Origin: Octopus bimaculoides
Taxonomy: Eukaryota
Assembly: GCF_001194135.2 (NCBI RefSeq)
Contig: NC_068981.1
Coordinates: 186,362,633-186,426,632, forward strand
Direction of reading: 5' to 3'
DNA length: 64,000 bases
In this document: positions 37,717-51,440 of the stretch, in pieces
Layout of the letters: each line of letters starts with the position of its first letter
Position numbering within the stretch: position 1 is the stretch's first letter
Position numbers and translations under genes: made by a program
Notes under the pieces: model-generated
Told to the model about the DNA's origin: nothing
Seen by the model: only the letters and a program-made list of their open reading frames with translations
Database searches by the model: none

Positions 37717-38565
37717 AAAACAAATGAAGAAAGGTATGGGGGAAAATATCAGAACAGGCGGTTTAAATACATACGTATATATGTATATATAATGTATAAT
37801 CTATCTATCTATATATATATATATATATATATNNNNNNNNNNNNNNNNNNNNNNNNNNNNNNNNNNNNNNNNNNNNNNNNNNNNNNNNNNNNNNNNNNNN
37901 NNNNNNNNNNNNNNNNNNNNNNNNNNNNNNNNNNNNNNNNNNNNNNNNNNNNNNNNNNNNNNNNNNNNNNNNNNNNNNNNNNNNNNNNNNNNNNNNNNNN
38001 NNNNNNNNNNNNNNNNNNNNNNNNNNNNNNNNNNNNNNNNNNNNNNNNNNNNNNNNNNNNNNNNNNNNNNNNNNNNNNNNNNNNNNNNNNNNNNNNNNNN
38101 NNNNNNNNNNNNNNNNNNNNNNNNNNNNNNNNNNNNNNNNNNNNNNNATATACATGTATATATATATATATATATATAACAGTTAATTGTCAAAGTTATA
38201 TTTGTTGTTATAACATCAGGATCAATATTAAAGTTTAAAATATTACCCTAAGGTGAATAGATACGTGTGCGTTTTAGAAAACGTTTAAGCATGGCACATG
38301 TTCGTTGTCGTATTCCTTTTAGCATTTATACACTTAAGGATTTTTTTTTCTTTTTTGGTTTTGCTTTTTGGCTATCGCTGGAATTATCTGACTCTAAGTC
38401 ATGCTGTATACCGCGAGAAGGTTAACTATGACATTTAACATTTATCATCGCCCACTAAGAGTAAATATTAGTTGATATATCAACCGGAAGCTTACTCAAT
38501 TGCACCGTTTACGTGTAGAAGATAATCTAGTAGGTAATGAATGACTGAACAACAATACTATCAAC

Positions 38566-38632
38566 AATAATAATAATAATAATAATAATAGTAATAATAA
38601 TAATAATAGTAATAATAATAATAATAATAATA
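38566..38632. repeat. (AAT)n microsatellite
   Basis: Directly visible. Confidence 0.95.
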
Positions 38633-39393
38633 ACAATGTTAACAATGATAAGCAGGAAATATTGTATAGTTTGAAATATCAACTTCTGGAGTGGCCTTTC
38701 ATTGAAATGAAGCGATAAATTGGTGTATGGAGAAATACATATTTATTTCATAACATAGTTTTTTTCTGTCTATATGCAAATGTATATCAGTCTATCGATC
38801 AGGTACTGTCCCTGTAATCTACTAATCACATATAAAAGTGTACGTGTGTGTGTGCATCCTGGTTGATATTAATATGTACGGATACAAATATTTATATATA
38901 GATTGATGAGTGTCTCAGCAACTGAAGTGATGTATATTTGCGTAGCTTCGTTTCGAGTACGTTTCAGGAAATAAATCATTTCTTAGTGTAAAGGACAACA
39001 ATGCATCACAATTCCTATTCCCAGAAGTACAGGTGTCTAAGAGAATTGAGTAGGCAGTGTAGAAATGAATGCTATTTCAACCAAATCGTATACATACGCT
39101 ATTTCCCCATTTACATTATTGTCTCGAGTAGTTTACTACTTTTCTGCTTTTCTAACCTGTCAAGGATCTTTCTCCTAATGAATATCTATTATATGTAACA
39201 TATCAGAAATATATCAGGCAGACCTTTGCAGATTCTATGTTTATGCGCTTTGTGAAAAAAATAGTCATGAAAATGTGTGTGTATGTGTGTGTGTGCGTGT
39301 GTGTGTGTGTGAGTATGTGTGTGTGTGTGCGTGNNNNNNNNNNNNNNNNNNNNNNNNNNNNNNNNNNNNNNNNNNNNNNNNNNNNNNNNNNNN

Positions 39394-39451
<58 letters not shown>

Positions 39452-41170
39452 ACATGCATGAATATAACTGTGCGTGGGTGTCCGTGTGTAATAAGAATAC
39501 ACAATGAGCCATGTCGAATGGACTCTGCTCTGCTCTATTTTTTGTCTACTGTTATTATTATCCCCAATGGAGTGGTAATTAAATGATACCGGCGAAAGAA
39601 TATTTTAGACCTAGAAAGATTATATTTGTAAGACATGGCATCAAACAGACTCCTCTTCTTATATGTAACATTTGTGTTGTCATATTTATCCATTCCCTTA
39701 TATGTTACGTGGATGCGATAGCACATATCAGCGTGAATGGGTTGAGGCCTTATCACTACAGATATTTCATTTAACCGAAAAAATATTTAGCGATCTGATT
39801 TGACTAAGAGCTTTCTTCAGGCAACCCAGTTTCATATAATATAAACAGAAGCAATGTAAATTTAGCGAGAAGTTACGCCGTTCTCTATATAACAATTGAT
39901 AAATATGTTGTGGCTGACTTTCACTGTGCTTTCGCTACTGCCACTGTACCTTTCTCCATCGAATTAGTGTCTAAAGCCTCTGTTCTATTCACCAGCTCGT
40001 TTTCAAGTTTATTGATATTCAGTGAAGGGAGTGTTTTAGAAACTGCATCCATATTGGAATAACTGTGCATTGATTCTGGATACTTTATTGTGGTTGAGTA
40101 TTTGTGATCCTAAGCAGTCTAAACAACCTTGCCTAACTATGACAGAATAGCTGCAACAATCTCATTCGTTTATAAGACACGCACAGTTACGCACTATGAT
40201 CCCAAGATTTACATGATCATGATAAACCTATGTTCTGTCCATTAAACGAAGTTCAGTCCAGAATTATGCTATTGACACACAATTCCCTGACATGCCCAAC
40301 CGTGTGGGAGAAAGGCTTTGCAAACACGCTGATTGAATCCACGAGCTTTAACTGTTTATCCTGCTTTTAATAATCATCACTACTCAGTATAATGCCTTGC
40401 ACTAAGTAATCTTCTATACTTTTCCATTCATTCAACAGTTCACTTAGGCATTCTTTTATTAGTCATCACTTATATTTTATCTTAGTCATTTCACACTATC
40501 AATTTTATTCGATCTCATCTTATTTAGTCATTTATCCTTTCCCCACTTTAATTCACCCTTTTTTATTCCTATACATACCTATGAATATACAAACGTGAAC
40601 GAATTCACAGTAATGCATTTAGAGGTCTAATATGAGACTGAACTAGCCACGTCTTTGTTCTATTAATAGCCCTTATTCCATTTAATTATTTTACGTTTTG
40701 AAGTCTGTATGAGTGGGGTTGTATAGGAATGGGTACAGCCAGACTTTAAACTGCTACAGACAGTGCAACTCCAAGTTTAATTAATTTGAAACATACCTAC
40801 GCGCATACACACATACGCGCGCAAACATTGACACACAGGTACGTACCGCATGCAATCAAACACGTGTATTCACACACATATCTTAGATTAGATGTAAGAT
40901 TATTATTTTTTTTTTTACCTGAGATATGAAACCAGCCCTGGAGTAGGCTAAATATGTTAGCTGAGCGTGTCAAATAACTAGACTGTTTTTGTTTTTTGTT
41001 TTGTTTTTTTCATCCAGACAAAGCAGATTTCAAATACTGATAGCAGAGACACTAACAAGAGTAACCGAAGAAATGAAAGTAAAATATTATAAATCAAAAC
41101 TAACTTGCGTTTTCAATCACACACACACCCACACAAATGTTTATATACATATATGCATGTACATATGGAT

Positions 41171-41228
<58 letters not shown>

Positions 41229-41233
<5 letters not shown>

Positions 41234-41650
41234 CAAGTAAGACAACAAATTTCAAAGGCCAGTGTTCATATTCACTGAATATATTTCAAAGCGTCGGAAT
41301 ACTCCACACCATACTTAGGTGCATTCATATACACAAGATATAATATAAAAATGTAAAAATATATAAATATGTAAATACGTAAATGTACTTGCGAGGTTGT
41401 ATATCCGTATTAAAATCAATAAGGATATTAAAATATGCACATGATGAATGTATAGCGTTAATTCAAATAGATGAGGAAGTTGGTATGAAATGAATTTTAA
41501 AAGACTCTTGAGCGGGTGCAAAGTCTCACGGCCGTTTCGAGAAAATATAGGTCGGTATAGGACAGTTAATTCCAACCATAACAATCATCTATGTTTCTCT
41601 CATCAGAGCTAATCTAAAAACATTTATACATGTGTGTATCTATGTCAATA
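41229..41650 (-). mobile_element. (AT)n-flanked repeat carrying a hammerhead; probable Penelope-like element terminus (copy A)
   Basis: Begins right after (AT)n with GACAACAAATTTCAAAGGCCAGTGTTCATATTCA and contains AAATGTACTTGCGAGGT; both motifs are shared with 46211-46730. Confidence 0.6.
41521..41612 (-). ncRNA. Type I hammerhead motif with 61-nt stem II hairpin (copy A; GUG site)
   Basis: Minus strand: CTGATGA (41606-41600), GAGAAA...TTTTCTC, GAAA, palindrome ACGGCCGT, then G; homologous to 46623-46713. Confidence 0.7.
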
Positions 41651-41830
41651 TATATATATATATACTTTAATCTATAGAATATACAAGAATAGATACAAGC
41701 GCTAATTTATAATTTATAAAAACATGTGACATATTAATAAAAATCTGTAAATGTACAAGCATCCAGATATCTGAGTACCTTACTATTTTTTCTAATATAT
41801 AATTCCTGTACATCACCTCCAAACCTTCCA

Positions 41831-41968
<138 letters not shown>

Positions 41969-41970
41969 AT

Positions 41971-42134
41971 TTCCAAATCCCTCCATCACATCGACATTGC
42001 CTGTACAGGTGCAACGGGTCCCACATGTCAGGTGTCGAAATGGTCACAGAGCAACGTGAAATGCTTTGTTCAAGAACACAACGCAACGCCCGGTTTGGGA
42101 ATCGAACTCGCAATCGTGAATGCAATACATTAAC

Positions 42135-42138
<4 letters not shown>
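41971..42138 (-). mobile_element. SINE family C-type fragment
   Basis: GAGCAACGTGAAATGCTTTGTTCAAGAACACAACGCAACGCCCGGTTTGGGAATCGAAC. Confidence 0.8.
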
Positions 42139-42183
<45 letters not shown>

Positions 42184-43147
42184 ATATGTATATATAAACA
42201 CACACACACACACACGTATATGTATATATGCACACACACATATATATTATGTAAGTATGTATGTCATTATTCAGATATTTTTCAAGACGTTTTACCAATA
42301 GAGAAAGAGCTGGTGTCTAACCTAGATCCAAAGCTCTTTAATTGGAATTCCAATGATATCAACATGGCAATTTTGTATGCATGAGTGCGTACAGATTTGT
42401 AAGTTTTGTTTGACGCATGTATGCATGCATGCATGTATGTATAGCCTTCAAGATAAAACAGATAACATCATTTCTAAAATCTGCGTGTACATTTCCCTCT
42501 GCTTAAAACATACTTTGCTTAACTCACCAGAAAGTATATTTTAATTAACGTAGCTTATAACTAGAACCAGCATCTCCTAAAAGTGACAGTCAAATATTCT
42601 TCAAATCACATTTAACCTCACAGCTTCAGACACTGCGGACGCATTAAATAATGTTGGCCTACAGGCATTGTTTGACACAATGCATAATGGTCACTAACAG
42701 AACGTCTTTGATCGTATCATATTTCTGCTCAATGAAGAGAAGGGTTGCAGCAAAATACCATCAAACTCATTACAGATGCGTCCCTTGTTTGTTATGAGTT
42801 TTGTAAAATATGACTTGCATCAATAAAATCAATAGCTCTGATATATTTGTACTTCGTATCTGTAAATAAAAATCGTACTGTCACTATTTCCATGTATCAA
42901 TGTGTTTAAATACTGTTAATTTACAAATTTATGAGGCTCCTGGTTGTATCTCTAACGATGTCCAATCGTTTGAATATATTTGGCTTGCAATAAAATGTTA
43001 TTCACTAAAAGTTGAAGGCTGGGAGAAAATGATTTTCATAAAAGTTTGCCGCAAATGCTCAGACATCAAAGCGAACGGCATCATCTCTCTTCATTCATAC
43101 ATTACTTTTCGAAACTGCAGTTAACAAAACTTCCAGAGAAAGCCATT

Positions 43148-43186
<39 letters not shown>

Positions 43187-43685
43187 NNNNNNNNNNNNNN
43201 NNNNNNNNNNNNNNNNNNNNNNNNNNNNNNNNNNNNNNNNNNNNNNNNNNNNNNNNNNNNNNNNNNNNNNNNNNNNNNNNNNNNNNNNNNNNNNNNNNNN
43301 NNNNNNNNNNNNNNNNNNNNNNNNNNNNNNNNNNNNNNNNNNNNNNNNNNNNNNNNNNNNNNNNNNNNNNNNNNNNNNNNNNNNNNNNNNNNNNNNNNNN
43401 NNNNNNNNNNNNNNNNNNNNNNNNNNNNNNNNNNNNNNNNNNNNNNNNNNNNNNNNNNNNNNNNNNNNNNNNNNNNNNNNNNNNNNNNNNNNNNNNNNNN
43501 NNNNNNNNNNNNNNNNNNNNNNNNNNNNNNNNNNNNNNNNNNNNNNNNNNNNNNNNNNNNNNNNNNNNNNNNNNNNNNNNNNNNNNNNNNNNNNNNNNNN
43601 NNNNNNNNNNNNNNNNNNNNNNNNNNNNNNNNNNNNNNNNNNNNNNNNNNNNNNNNNNNNNNNNNNNNNNNNNNNNNNNNNNNNN

Positions 43686-43730
<45 letters not shown>

Positions 43731-45390
43731 CATAAATATAGAATCTAAAACCGTTCAAAGAATCGTTCTCGTTTCCATGTTGCAGCTTTGGGTTAAAATT
43801 GGAATTGCTCGCAATGCGTTACTAATAATCTTGAAAAGATTATGAACATCACGATTTCATTTTCTAAAAGACATCTAACAATATATTATAGTATTATCGT
43901 TTATACAATCCACTCATGTTTTAAAGAGGTTATGTATGTTGTTGACGATCAGTAGAGTAGGAACAAATTTTCGACTGAACCGAGTAGTCAATGTGATCTA
44001 GGTTCTTTGATGAACTAATTTCCGTTGACTTATGTTCTTAATCTTCCCCTTTCTTGTGAATATTTCTCCATTCTAAATTCTCAGGATTCTGTGCCTAGTT
44101 ATAACGAATCAATATTACCCAAACTAAGTTCAGCTTTACTGATGTGTATTTGTTTATAATCATAAGTGTCTATGAGCAAAGAATTAAGCATTTCACTTCT
44201 AGCACAATAAGTAATTTTGAAGGATATATTAAAAATTCTCCTTTTCTTCTTTATCAGTGATTTTATATATATATATATATATATGCGTGCGTGTGTGTGT
44301 GTGTGAGTGTCTCTGTGTGTATGTAGGTATGTATGTATATGGATGTATATATATATATACATATATATATGTATATATATGTATATATGTATATATATAT
44401 GTATATATATATATATGTATATATGTATATATATGTATATATGTATATATTTATATATATATATGTATATATGTATATATATATATATATATACCTACAT
44501 ATGTATATATATATGTATATATATATGNNNNNNNNNNNNNNNNNNNNNNNNNNNNNNNNNNNNNNNNNNNNNNNNNNNNNNNNNNNNNNNNNNNNNNNNN
44601 NNNNNNNNNNNNNNNNNNNNNNNNNNNNNNNNNNNNNNNNNNNNNNNNNNNNNNNNNNNNNNNNNNNNNNNNNNNNNNNNNNNNNNNNNNNNNNNNNNNN
44701 NNNNNNNNNNNNNNNNNNNNNNNNNNNNNNNNNNNNNNNNNNNNNNNNNNNNNNNNNNNNNNNNNNNNNNNNNNNNNNNNNNNNNNNNNNNNNNNNNNNN
44801 NNNNNNNNNNNNNNNNNNNNNNNNNNNNNNNNNNNNNNNNNNNNNNNNNNNNNNNNNNNNNNNNNNNNNNNNNNNNNNNNNNNNNNNNNNNNNNNNNNNN
44901 NNNNNNNNNNNNNNNNNNNNNNNNNNNNNNNNNNNNNNNNNNNNNNNNNNNNNNNNNNNNNNNNNNNNNNNNNNNNNNNNNNNNNNNNNNNNNNNNNNNN
45001 NNNNNNNNNNNNNNNNNNNNNNNNNNNNNNNNNNNNNNNNNNNNNNNNNNNNNNNNNNNNNNNNNNNNNNNNNNNNNNNNNNNNNNNNNNNNNNNNNNNN
45101 NNNNNNNNNNNNNNNNNNNNNNNNNNNNNNNNNNNNNNNNNNNNNNNNNNNNNNNNNNNNNNNNNNNNNNNNNNNNNNNNNNNNNNNNNNNNNNNNNNNN
45201 NNNNNNNNNNNNNNNNNNNNNNNNNNNNNNNNNNNNNNNNNNNNNATATATATATATATATATATGTGTGTGTGTATATGTATATATACATATGTATGTA
45301 TATGTATGTATTTATATGTATTTATATATACGTAAGTATATGTATGTATATATAAGTATGTATATGTAAATTTATTCTTTTTTTCTTTGT

Positions 45391-45566
45391 TTTGTTTCAA
45401 TCATTTGACTGCGGCCATGCTGGAGCACCGCCTTTAGTCGAACAATTCGGCTCCGGGATTTATTCTTTGTAAGCCTAGTTAGTACTTATTCTATCGGTTT
45501 TTTTACCGAACCGCAATGTTGCGGGGACGTAAACTCACCAACATCGGTTGTCAAGGAATGGGGGGT

Positions 45567-45641
<75 letters not shown>

Positions 45642-45800
45642 GACGGGCTTCTTTCAGTTTCTGTCTACCGAATCCACTCACAATACCTTGGTCATCCCGA
45701 GGCTATACTAGAAGATACCTGACCAAGTTACTACGCAGTGAGACTGAACTCGGAACCAAGTGGTTGCTAAGCAAGCAACCTACCTCACAGCCACTCCTAT
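45391..45800 (-). mobile_element. SINE family A, near full-length
   Basis: Complete reverse-complement match from the tail (TGTTTCAATCATTTGACTGCGGCCATGCTGGAGCACCGCC) to the head (CACAGCCACTCCT). Confidence 0.92.
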
Positions 45801-45825
45801 ATATTTATCCTTATATATACATATG

Positions 45826-45868
<43 letters not shown>

Positions 45869-46210
45869 ATATATGTGTGTGTATACACATATGTATGTGT
45901 TTATATATATTTATTGCTTAGGCATTGCGAGGCCAATAACCCGATGTAGAACTCAATATTTGTAATTTCAGAACGAAGTGTGGGCTGAATATAGAGCCGT
46001 ATTATGAAAGGGATATAACAAAAGAATAATAATTATCTCATGAACTTCATTAGATTACGGTGGTTTCTGAATAGTTGAGTACCTAAATGTGTGAACATGT
46101 CTCTGCGTGTCTGCGACTTGGGTTTTTATACATGTGTTTCTTTCTGTATGTGTCAGTGCTTGCGTGCACGCACACACACACATGTATATATATAAATATA
46201 TATATATATA

Positions 46211-46730
46211 ATTAAAGAGGAGAAAACAAATTCAAAGGCCGATGTATATATTCATTCAATCCGTGTTAACGAAATTCTCCATGGCATACAAAGTGCATGC
46301 ATAGATGCATTCATCTATATGATATATAAAAATTTATAAATATATAAAATTCATACACATATAAATGTTTACAAACGCATAAAGTCATAAATGTACATAT
46401 ATACAAAAAAAGTGTAAGTCCATAAATGTATTTGCGAAGTACGAATGAAAAGGATAAATTAGGCGGAGGTAAACTGATTCATAAGGAGTCTGGAACATGT
46501 ATAAAGTTTGTGTCGTAATACATTTTAACTTCATATGTCTGAAGAGAGTGGTCCGATCAAGCATTCGATCTTTTATATTATTTAACCACCATTTCTTTAA
46601 AAATTTTAACTTTGTGATTCTATTAACTCTGATGAGAGAAATATAGAATATTGCTATGGTTGAAGGTAGCTGGCCCATAGCAACTTATATCCTTTCGAAA
46701 CGGCCGTAAACATACATTCCTATATGAATA
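46211..46730. mobile_element. (AT)n-flanked repeat carrying hammerhead(s); probable Penelope-like terminus with internal inversion (copy B)
   Basis: Starts GAAAACAAATTCAAAGGCCGATGTATATATTCA in the same orientation as copy A, but its hammerhead is on the opposite strand. Confidence 0.55.
46623..46713 (+). ncRNA. Type I hammerhead motif with 61-nt stem II hairpin (copy B; GUA site)
   Basis: CTGATGA 46629-35; stem II GAGA/TTTC, ATATAG/TTATAT and TTGCTATGG/CCATAGCAA; GAAA 46697-700; palindrome ACGGCCGT 46700-07; GUA at 46706-08. Stem I is weak in this copy. Confidence 0.72.
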
Positions 46731-46739
46731 TAGGTGTGT

Positions 46740-46740
<1 letters not shown>

Positions 46741-46781
<41 letters not shown>

Positions 46782-46830
46782 GTGAGAGAGTGAGAGAGAG
46801 AGAGAGAGTGGGAGAGAGAGATAGAGAGAG
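46741..46830. repeat. (GA)n microsatellite
   Basis: Directly visible. Confidence 0.95.
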
Positions 46831-47495
46831 CGAGAACAAACTATTTTGGCTAGAATATCCAAATTAAAGGAAAATGTGACTTGTATGCTTTATAATCACT
46901 TCATAAATTTTTGTCAAAGATGTTAGGTGACTTTAGTAAAACTGTCCTTAGAAGGCCTCGAGAGTGAATATTGATTTGTGCTTAGCGAGGATTTAGTGTC
47001 ACTTTCGACGAGATACTCACTCGATGGTCAATGTTATTGCCAATATTATGAACACGATATAGAATCTGTTCATAAGTGATACCTTTTTATCGCTGTCAGA
47101 CTTGTTATCAAGAGAATTTATAATAAATTATTGTTTTGTTCACGTTGATAGTTCCTTGCCATTTAAAGAACGCCATAGATAAATAAATATTAAAATATAG
47201 TAGTCATTTCTTATAATATCTGTAAAAAGATTACTAGAATTACATGATTTGCTGTTAATATATTTTTTAAATCAGAGCATCTCGGAAAATGTTATGTATT
47301 ATGTCAGAAAATGTTGGCATTAATATTCATTGCTTTCAGTTTAGATGAAGAAAATTGGTAGGAATTGAAATCTTACTCTTTTCTGACTTTTCAATTAAAT
47401 TTCTCATCTTCTCCTCAACTTTTTCTTATCAACATCTATTTCTAACGGTTCTGTTTTTTTTTTTTTTTTAAATCCGGAATCAGTTTTTCGCTTAC

Positions 47496-47598
47496 CGCAA
47501 GAGAACGCGAAAAGAGTGAGGAAATATTCTTCATTGAGCATTTTTCTTTGAGATTCATGAACCTATTTCTATGCAATTGAATGAGAGGCATAATGAAA
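47496..47598 (-). other. Candidate 103-nt exon, possibly containing a start codon
   Basis: Acceptor TTTTCTTCCTTTCTATTCACCAG| and donor GCG|GTAAGC. Contains AAAAATG leading to MLNEEYFLTLFAFSC ending in phase 1; a second frame is open throughout. Confidence 0.35.
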
Positions 47599-48082
47599 CT
47601 GGTGAATAGAAAGGAAGAAAACTAGGAAATACTATATTTTCACCCAATCATGTTTATTCAATCACGTTTAGCCATGTTTGCTCTAACAGAAAACCTGAAC
47701 AATGTTGAATAAACATATTTCAAAAATTTTTTGAAATAATTCTAATACGGTTCAGATGTGTACAGCAGTAGCTTGTGAAATAGAAAATTATTTACTATTT
47801 TGTTTTATTCTCATATCCAATATAATTACACACTGGTATGAAATGTTAAAACTACATATTTGCTTTAGACGGATTTTTATTTCGACCACAGATAAAATAT
47901 TACAAGAAAATTTAATAAATGCTGAATTCAAAATTCAATATTTTAAACTTTTAAAATATTATATCATTTAAAACGTGTAATGCTGAATCCATGCACTCAG
48001 TGTTTGTTCTATCTAGTCTTACTTATATTGAAGTTTTCAAAAGTAAAGTCTTCGAGTTTATAATATCATAACAAAATATCAT

Positions 48083-48250
48083 TGTGTGTATACAATACTG
48101 CATCAGAATTCTTTTATGGCATGTGTACAATATCAAAATTATATTGTGTGTCTACAATACTATTTCAAAATTATTTTATAGGATATGTACAATATCGTAT
48201 CAAATGTATTTTATTTTGTGTATACAACAACATATCGAAATATTTTATTC
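48083..48250. repeat. Diverged minisatellite (about 5 units of TGTGTA(TA)CAATA...TCAAAATTATTTTAT)
   Basis: The motif recurs at 48083, about 48122, 48145, about 48185 and 48217, with alternating long and short units. Confidence 0.7.
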
Positions 48251-50134
48251 TCTTTCTCTCAATAATCTTTCACTGACATATTAGAATAATTTTATCCTAC
48301 CAATATAGATATGGGGTAAACAAGACAGTTCACTTTCATATCAAAATTTTATTATTTTCTAATGTTTCCTCCTAAATGTCAAGTGTTTGTTATTAGTTAT
48401 TTATATTATTTCATTGTCTTTCTTATTGCTTGTCACTTCGTAGTTTAGAATAAAGAAATTCTGTCTGCGCTTCTAATTTTCTAGTTTGCCTTAGAGCTTC
48501 TAACTGAGAATCTTCAGAAAATCCTATATATTATACAATAGTAATTTATCTTAAAGTTTACAAATGTGTATTGAGAAGGAAATAAACAAAGAAAATAGCC
48601 TTTGGTTAAAAATAAAAAATTAAAAAATGACAAGATGCTTCAGGCGATATAAACAATTTGAAATTATAATGATAATTTACAAGTAAAGAAAAGTTTTCAA
48701 ATCATAATAAAAATATCTGAGATAATTATTAATCATGGCTTTGCCTCAGCCATTTTCTTTCATTTAGGTAAATTAGTAATCACAATCTTGCCTCCAACAG
48801 ATTTAAATTCGACAATAGATATCTGAAGTAAGACAAATAATATGAAGACATACAATATTGTGACTATGAGAGCATATTATTATATCCTCCATTTATAGTT
48901 TCACATCCACATCAAATAAATTTTCGAACTAATTTTCTTTGGATTAAAATAATTTTGAAAGCAAATGCAACATGCGATGCTGTGTGATTTAGAATTTCGA
49001 TTCACAACCAAGTGGTTATGGGTTGCATTTTTTTTAATACAACCATAGAACACTATATAGTGGCTTGTAATTTATTAAAATTGATTTACAAAAGTATCGT
49101 TAATTCTATTATTATCCAATGTAACTATTTTAAGAATGGTAATAACAGAATCAATGTTACAGGCGACAGCAGGCCAAAAAATAGCGTTAAATAGCCGAGG
49201 GATTCAAATTAAGGCGCGTAGGACATGAAATGTTAGTAGCAGTATCTGATGAGCTTCTTGTATTTCGTTAAATGAATGTCTATAATGCGCCCATGGAACT
49301 TTAAGTTATTTAAAGCAGAATGAAACTGTTAATAAATATGCAAATGGTGACCGGCTACGTTATACATATATGTACGTAGCTGCACAACAAATAGAAGTGA
49401 TAAAATATATGCAAGTCGAAGATAAATACGCGGAAATATGTACCTAGAGACCACTGATGGATAATGCCCCAGTAGAGTCGCAATCCTATGGTAGAAACTC
49501 ACAAAATGAATTGAGTTAAATACTCACTTTTAGAATAAAAATTAGGGTTTAAATATTGCATTCTTCAACAGTTGGAAACATTACTAAATTCGTAAACAGT
49601 ACATGTTAATCCCATTTCAACACCAAGCATTATTTATTAACCATGAAGCTGCTCTAAATATTTCAATAAATTTTGAAACATTCAGAAATTAAACTAGTTA
49701 CAAGTTTTATAACCTGACAATCTGATGGAAGGGAAACGAAGACGTTACTTTAGTATTATTTTTCATCGTGGTTTCAACATTTTACGGCTTTTTAATATTT
49801 AATTTATTTGGGATATTTCAGTCTTTAGATATTTCATTTCCCATATCAGAATATTGAATTCCGATAGTTCATCCTCTCGTTCCATGATCTGGTATTTACA
49901 TATCTCTCAATACGCTATTAACTAAATACTTTTAATTATTTAGTAGCGATAATGGTCATTATTTAACTGTTGCTAGCTGGATTATCAATATCCTTGATTA
50001 TCCTTGGGAAAGAATCATTCTCTAAGCTGGATAGCTAGAGAAACTGAGGTGATCCACAGGAGAGCTTTGTAATAAATATTGTAGATCGATTTGCAGATAT
50101 TGGCAGGAGATAATATGTGGCATTTCAAGATCAG

Positions 50135-50325
50135 TAGATAAAACACGGAGGATGGCTGAATGGAAGAAGAAGGACAAACGGAGGTGGGGGAGGATGGAAG
50201 GATGAGAATACGAAGCAAAGACGAAAAGAGGGAAAAGAAATATGAGTGGAAAATGAAGCAGATTAGGAAAATCGGGCGAGAGAAGATGGAGAAATATGAA
50301 GAAGATGGAGAAAGTAGCTGTCAAA
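50135..50325. repeat. Purine-rich degenerate (GGA/GAA)n tract
   Basis: Strong purine strand bias. Confidence 0.75.
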
Positions 50326-50723
50326 TCATTTAATGTACACTATTATAGATACACACACACACACACACGCACACACACACATACACACACGCACGCACAC
50401 ACACACACACACAAACGCATATATATAATGTAGTTAACATGGCTAATGTTTCTTCTACAGAAGGGTATGCTGCGTAACTCACCCTAGTGGTGGGGAGGGT
50501 TCAAATTTCTAATACCGCTAGAAATGATTACCTCCCTTCTATTAACTGTCCACTAGGGGACTCCAGTCATTTATAACATCTCACAAAATATTGTACATAT
50601 CGTTTATAATTCTTTCATCCATATCTGAGCAAGTCCTATGAAGTACAGCTTCACTGAGGAGGACTAATAAGGTTCACCACTTGTACAAAGTTGGTTTCCA
50701 TAAATATAGGAATCTGTAGCCGC

Positions 50724-50855
50724 AGGCGTGGCTTATAGGTGCAGGTATATGTGGTAAAAAGCATGCTTCCCAACCACCTTGCTATAGCTTCGGGCTGACC
50801 AAAGCCTTCTGAGTACGTTTGGCAGAAGGAAACTGGAAGACGCTCATTGTACACA
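50724..50855 (+). mobile_element. SINE family A 5' fragment with internal deletion
   Basis: GTGGTAAAAAGCATGCTTCCCAACCAC joined directly to GCTATAGCTTCGGGCTGACCAAAGCCTT. Confidence 0.75.
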
Positions 50856-51262
50856 AACACACCCTCACACACACACGCACACACACACGCACACACATTG
50901 TATTGTGGTAATAACTACCATTATCATTACTACTCAGAGTTATTTCCACCATCATGCCAGCCAGTCGAAAACGAGGCTTTGGAATGATATTTAAACATGG
51001 CTGACTCCTGATCAGGAAGCTTCACGACTAAAACAGTTAATGACAGACACCATACCCTTCGTTGTTAGAAGAGCAAAGCCTATTCACAGACCGTCATTTC
51101 CGGTCTTCTGCATACAACAATTTCACCGGTTCAATAACCAGGATTACTACATGTATAACAAATAATAAATGAGTACACGCATATATACGTACAAGTATGT
51201 GCATACCTACATCTACCTGTATATATAGGTGCATATCTGGGTACAGGACTGGGTGGAAGGTC

Positions 51263-51400
51263 TGTGTTTGTCTATCGCCCCCGCTTGACAACCTATGATG
51301 ATGTGTTTAAGTTTTTGTAACATAGCGGCTCGGCAAAAGTTAACAGATAAAATAAGAGCCAGGTTTCCAAAAAGAGATGTAAATGCTAGGATTCGATTCC
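51263..51400 (+). mobile_element. SINE family A 3'-half fragment
   Basis: GCTTGACAACC...TAGCGGCTCGGCAAAAG. Confidence 0.75.
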
Positions 51401-51440
51401 TTCGTCTATAAATTGCTCATGTATAAAATAGCACGGTTGT

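Noticed and set aside
42528-42859. Minus-strand acceptor/donor pair enclosing 332 nt
   Set aside because: Stops in all frames and no recognisable product; likely chance or decayed element.
49720-49750. CTGATGG...GAAACGAAGACGTT hammerhead-like string
   Set aside because: No stem II, A9 is missing, and stem I does not pair.
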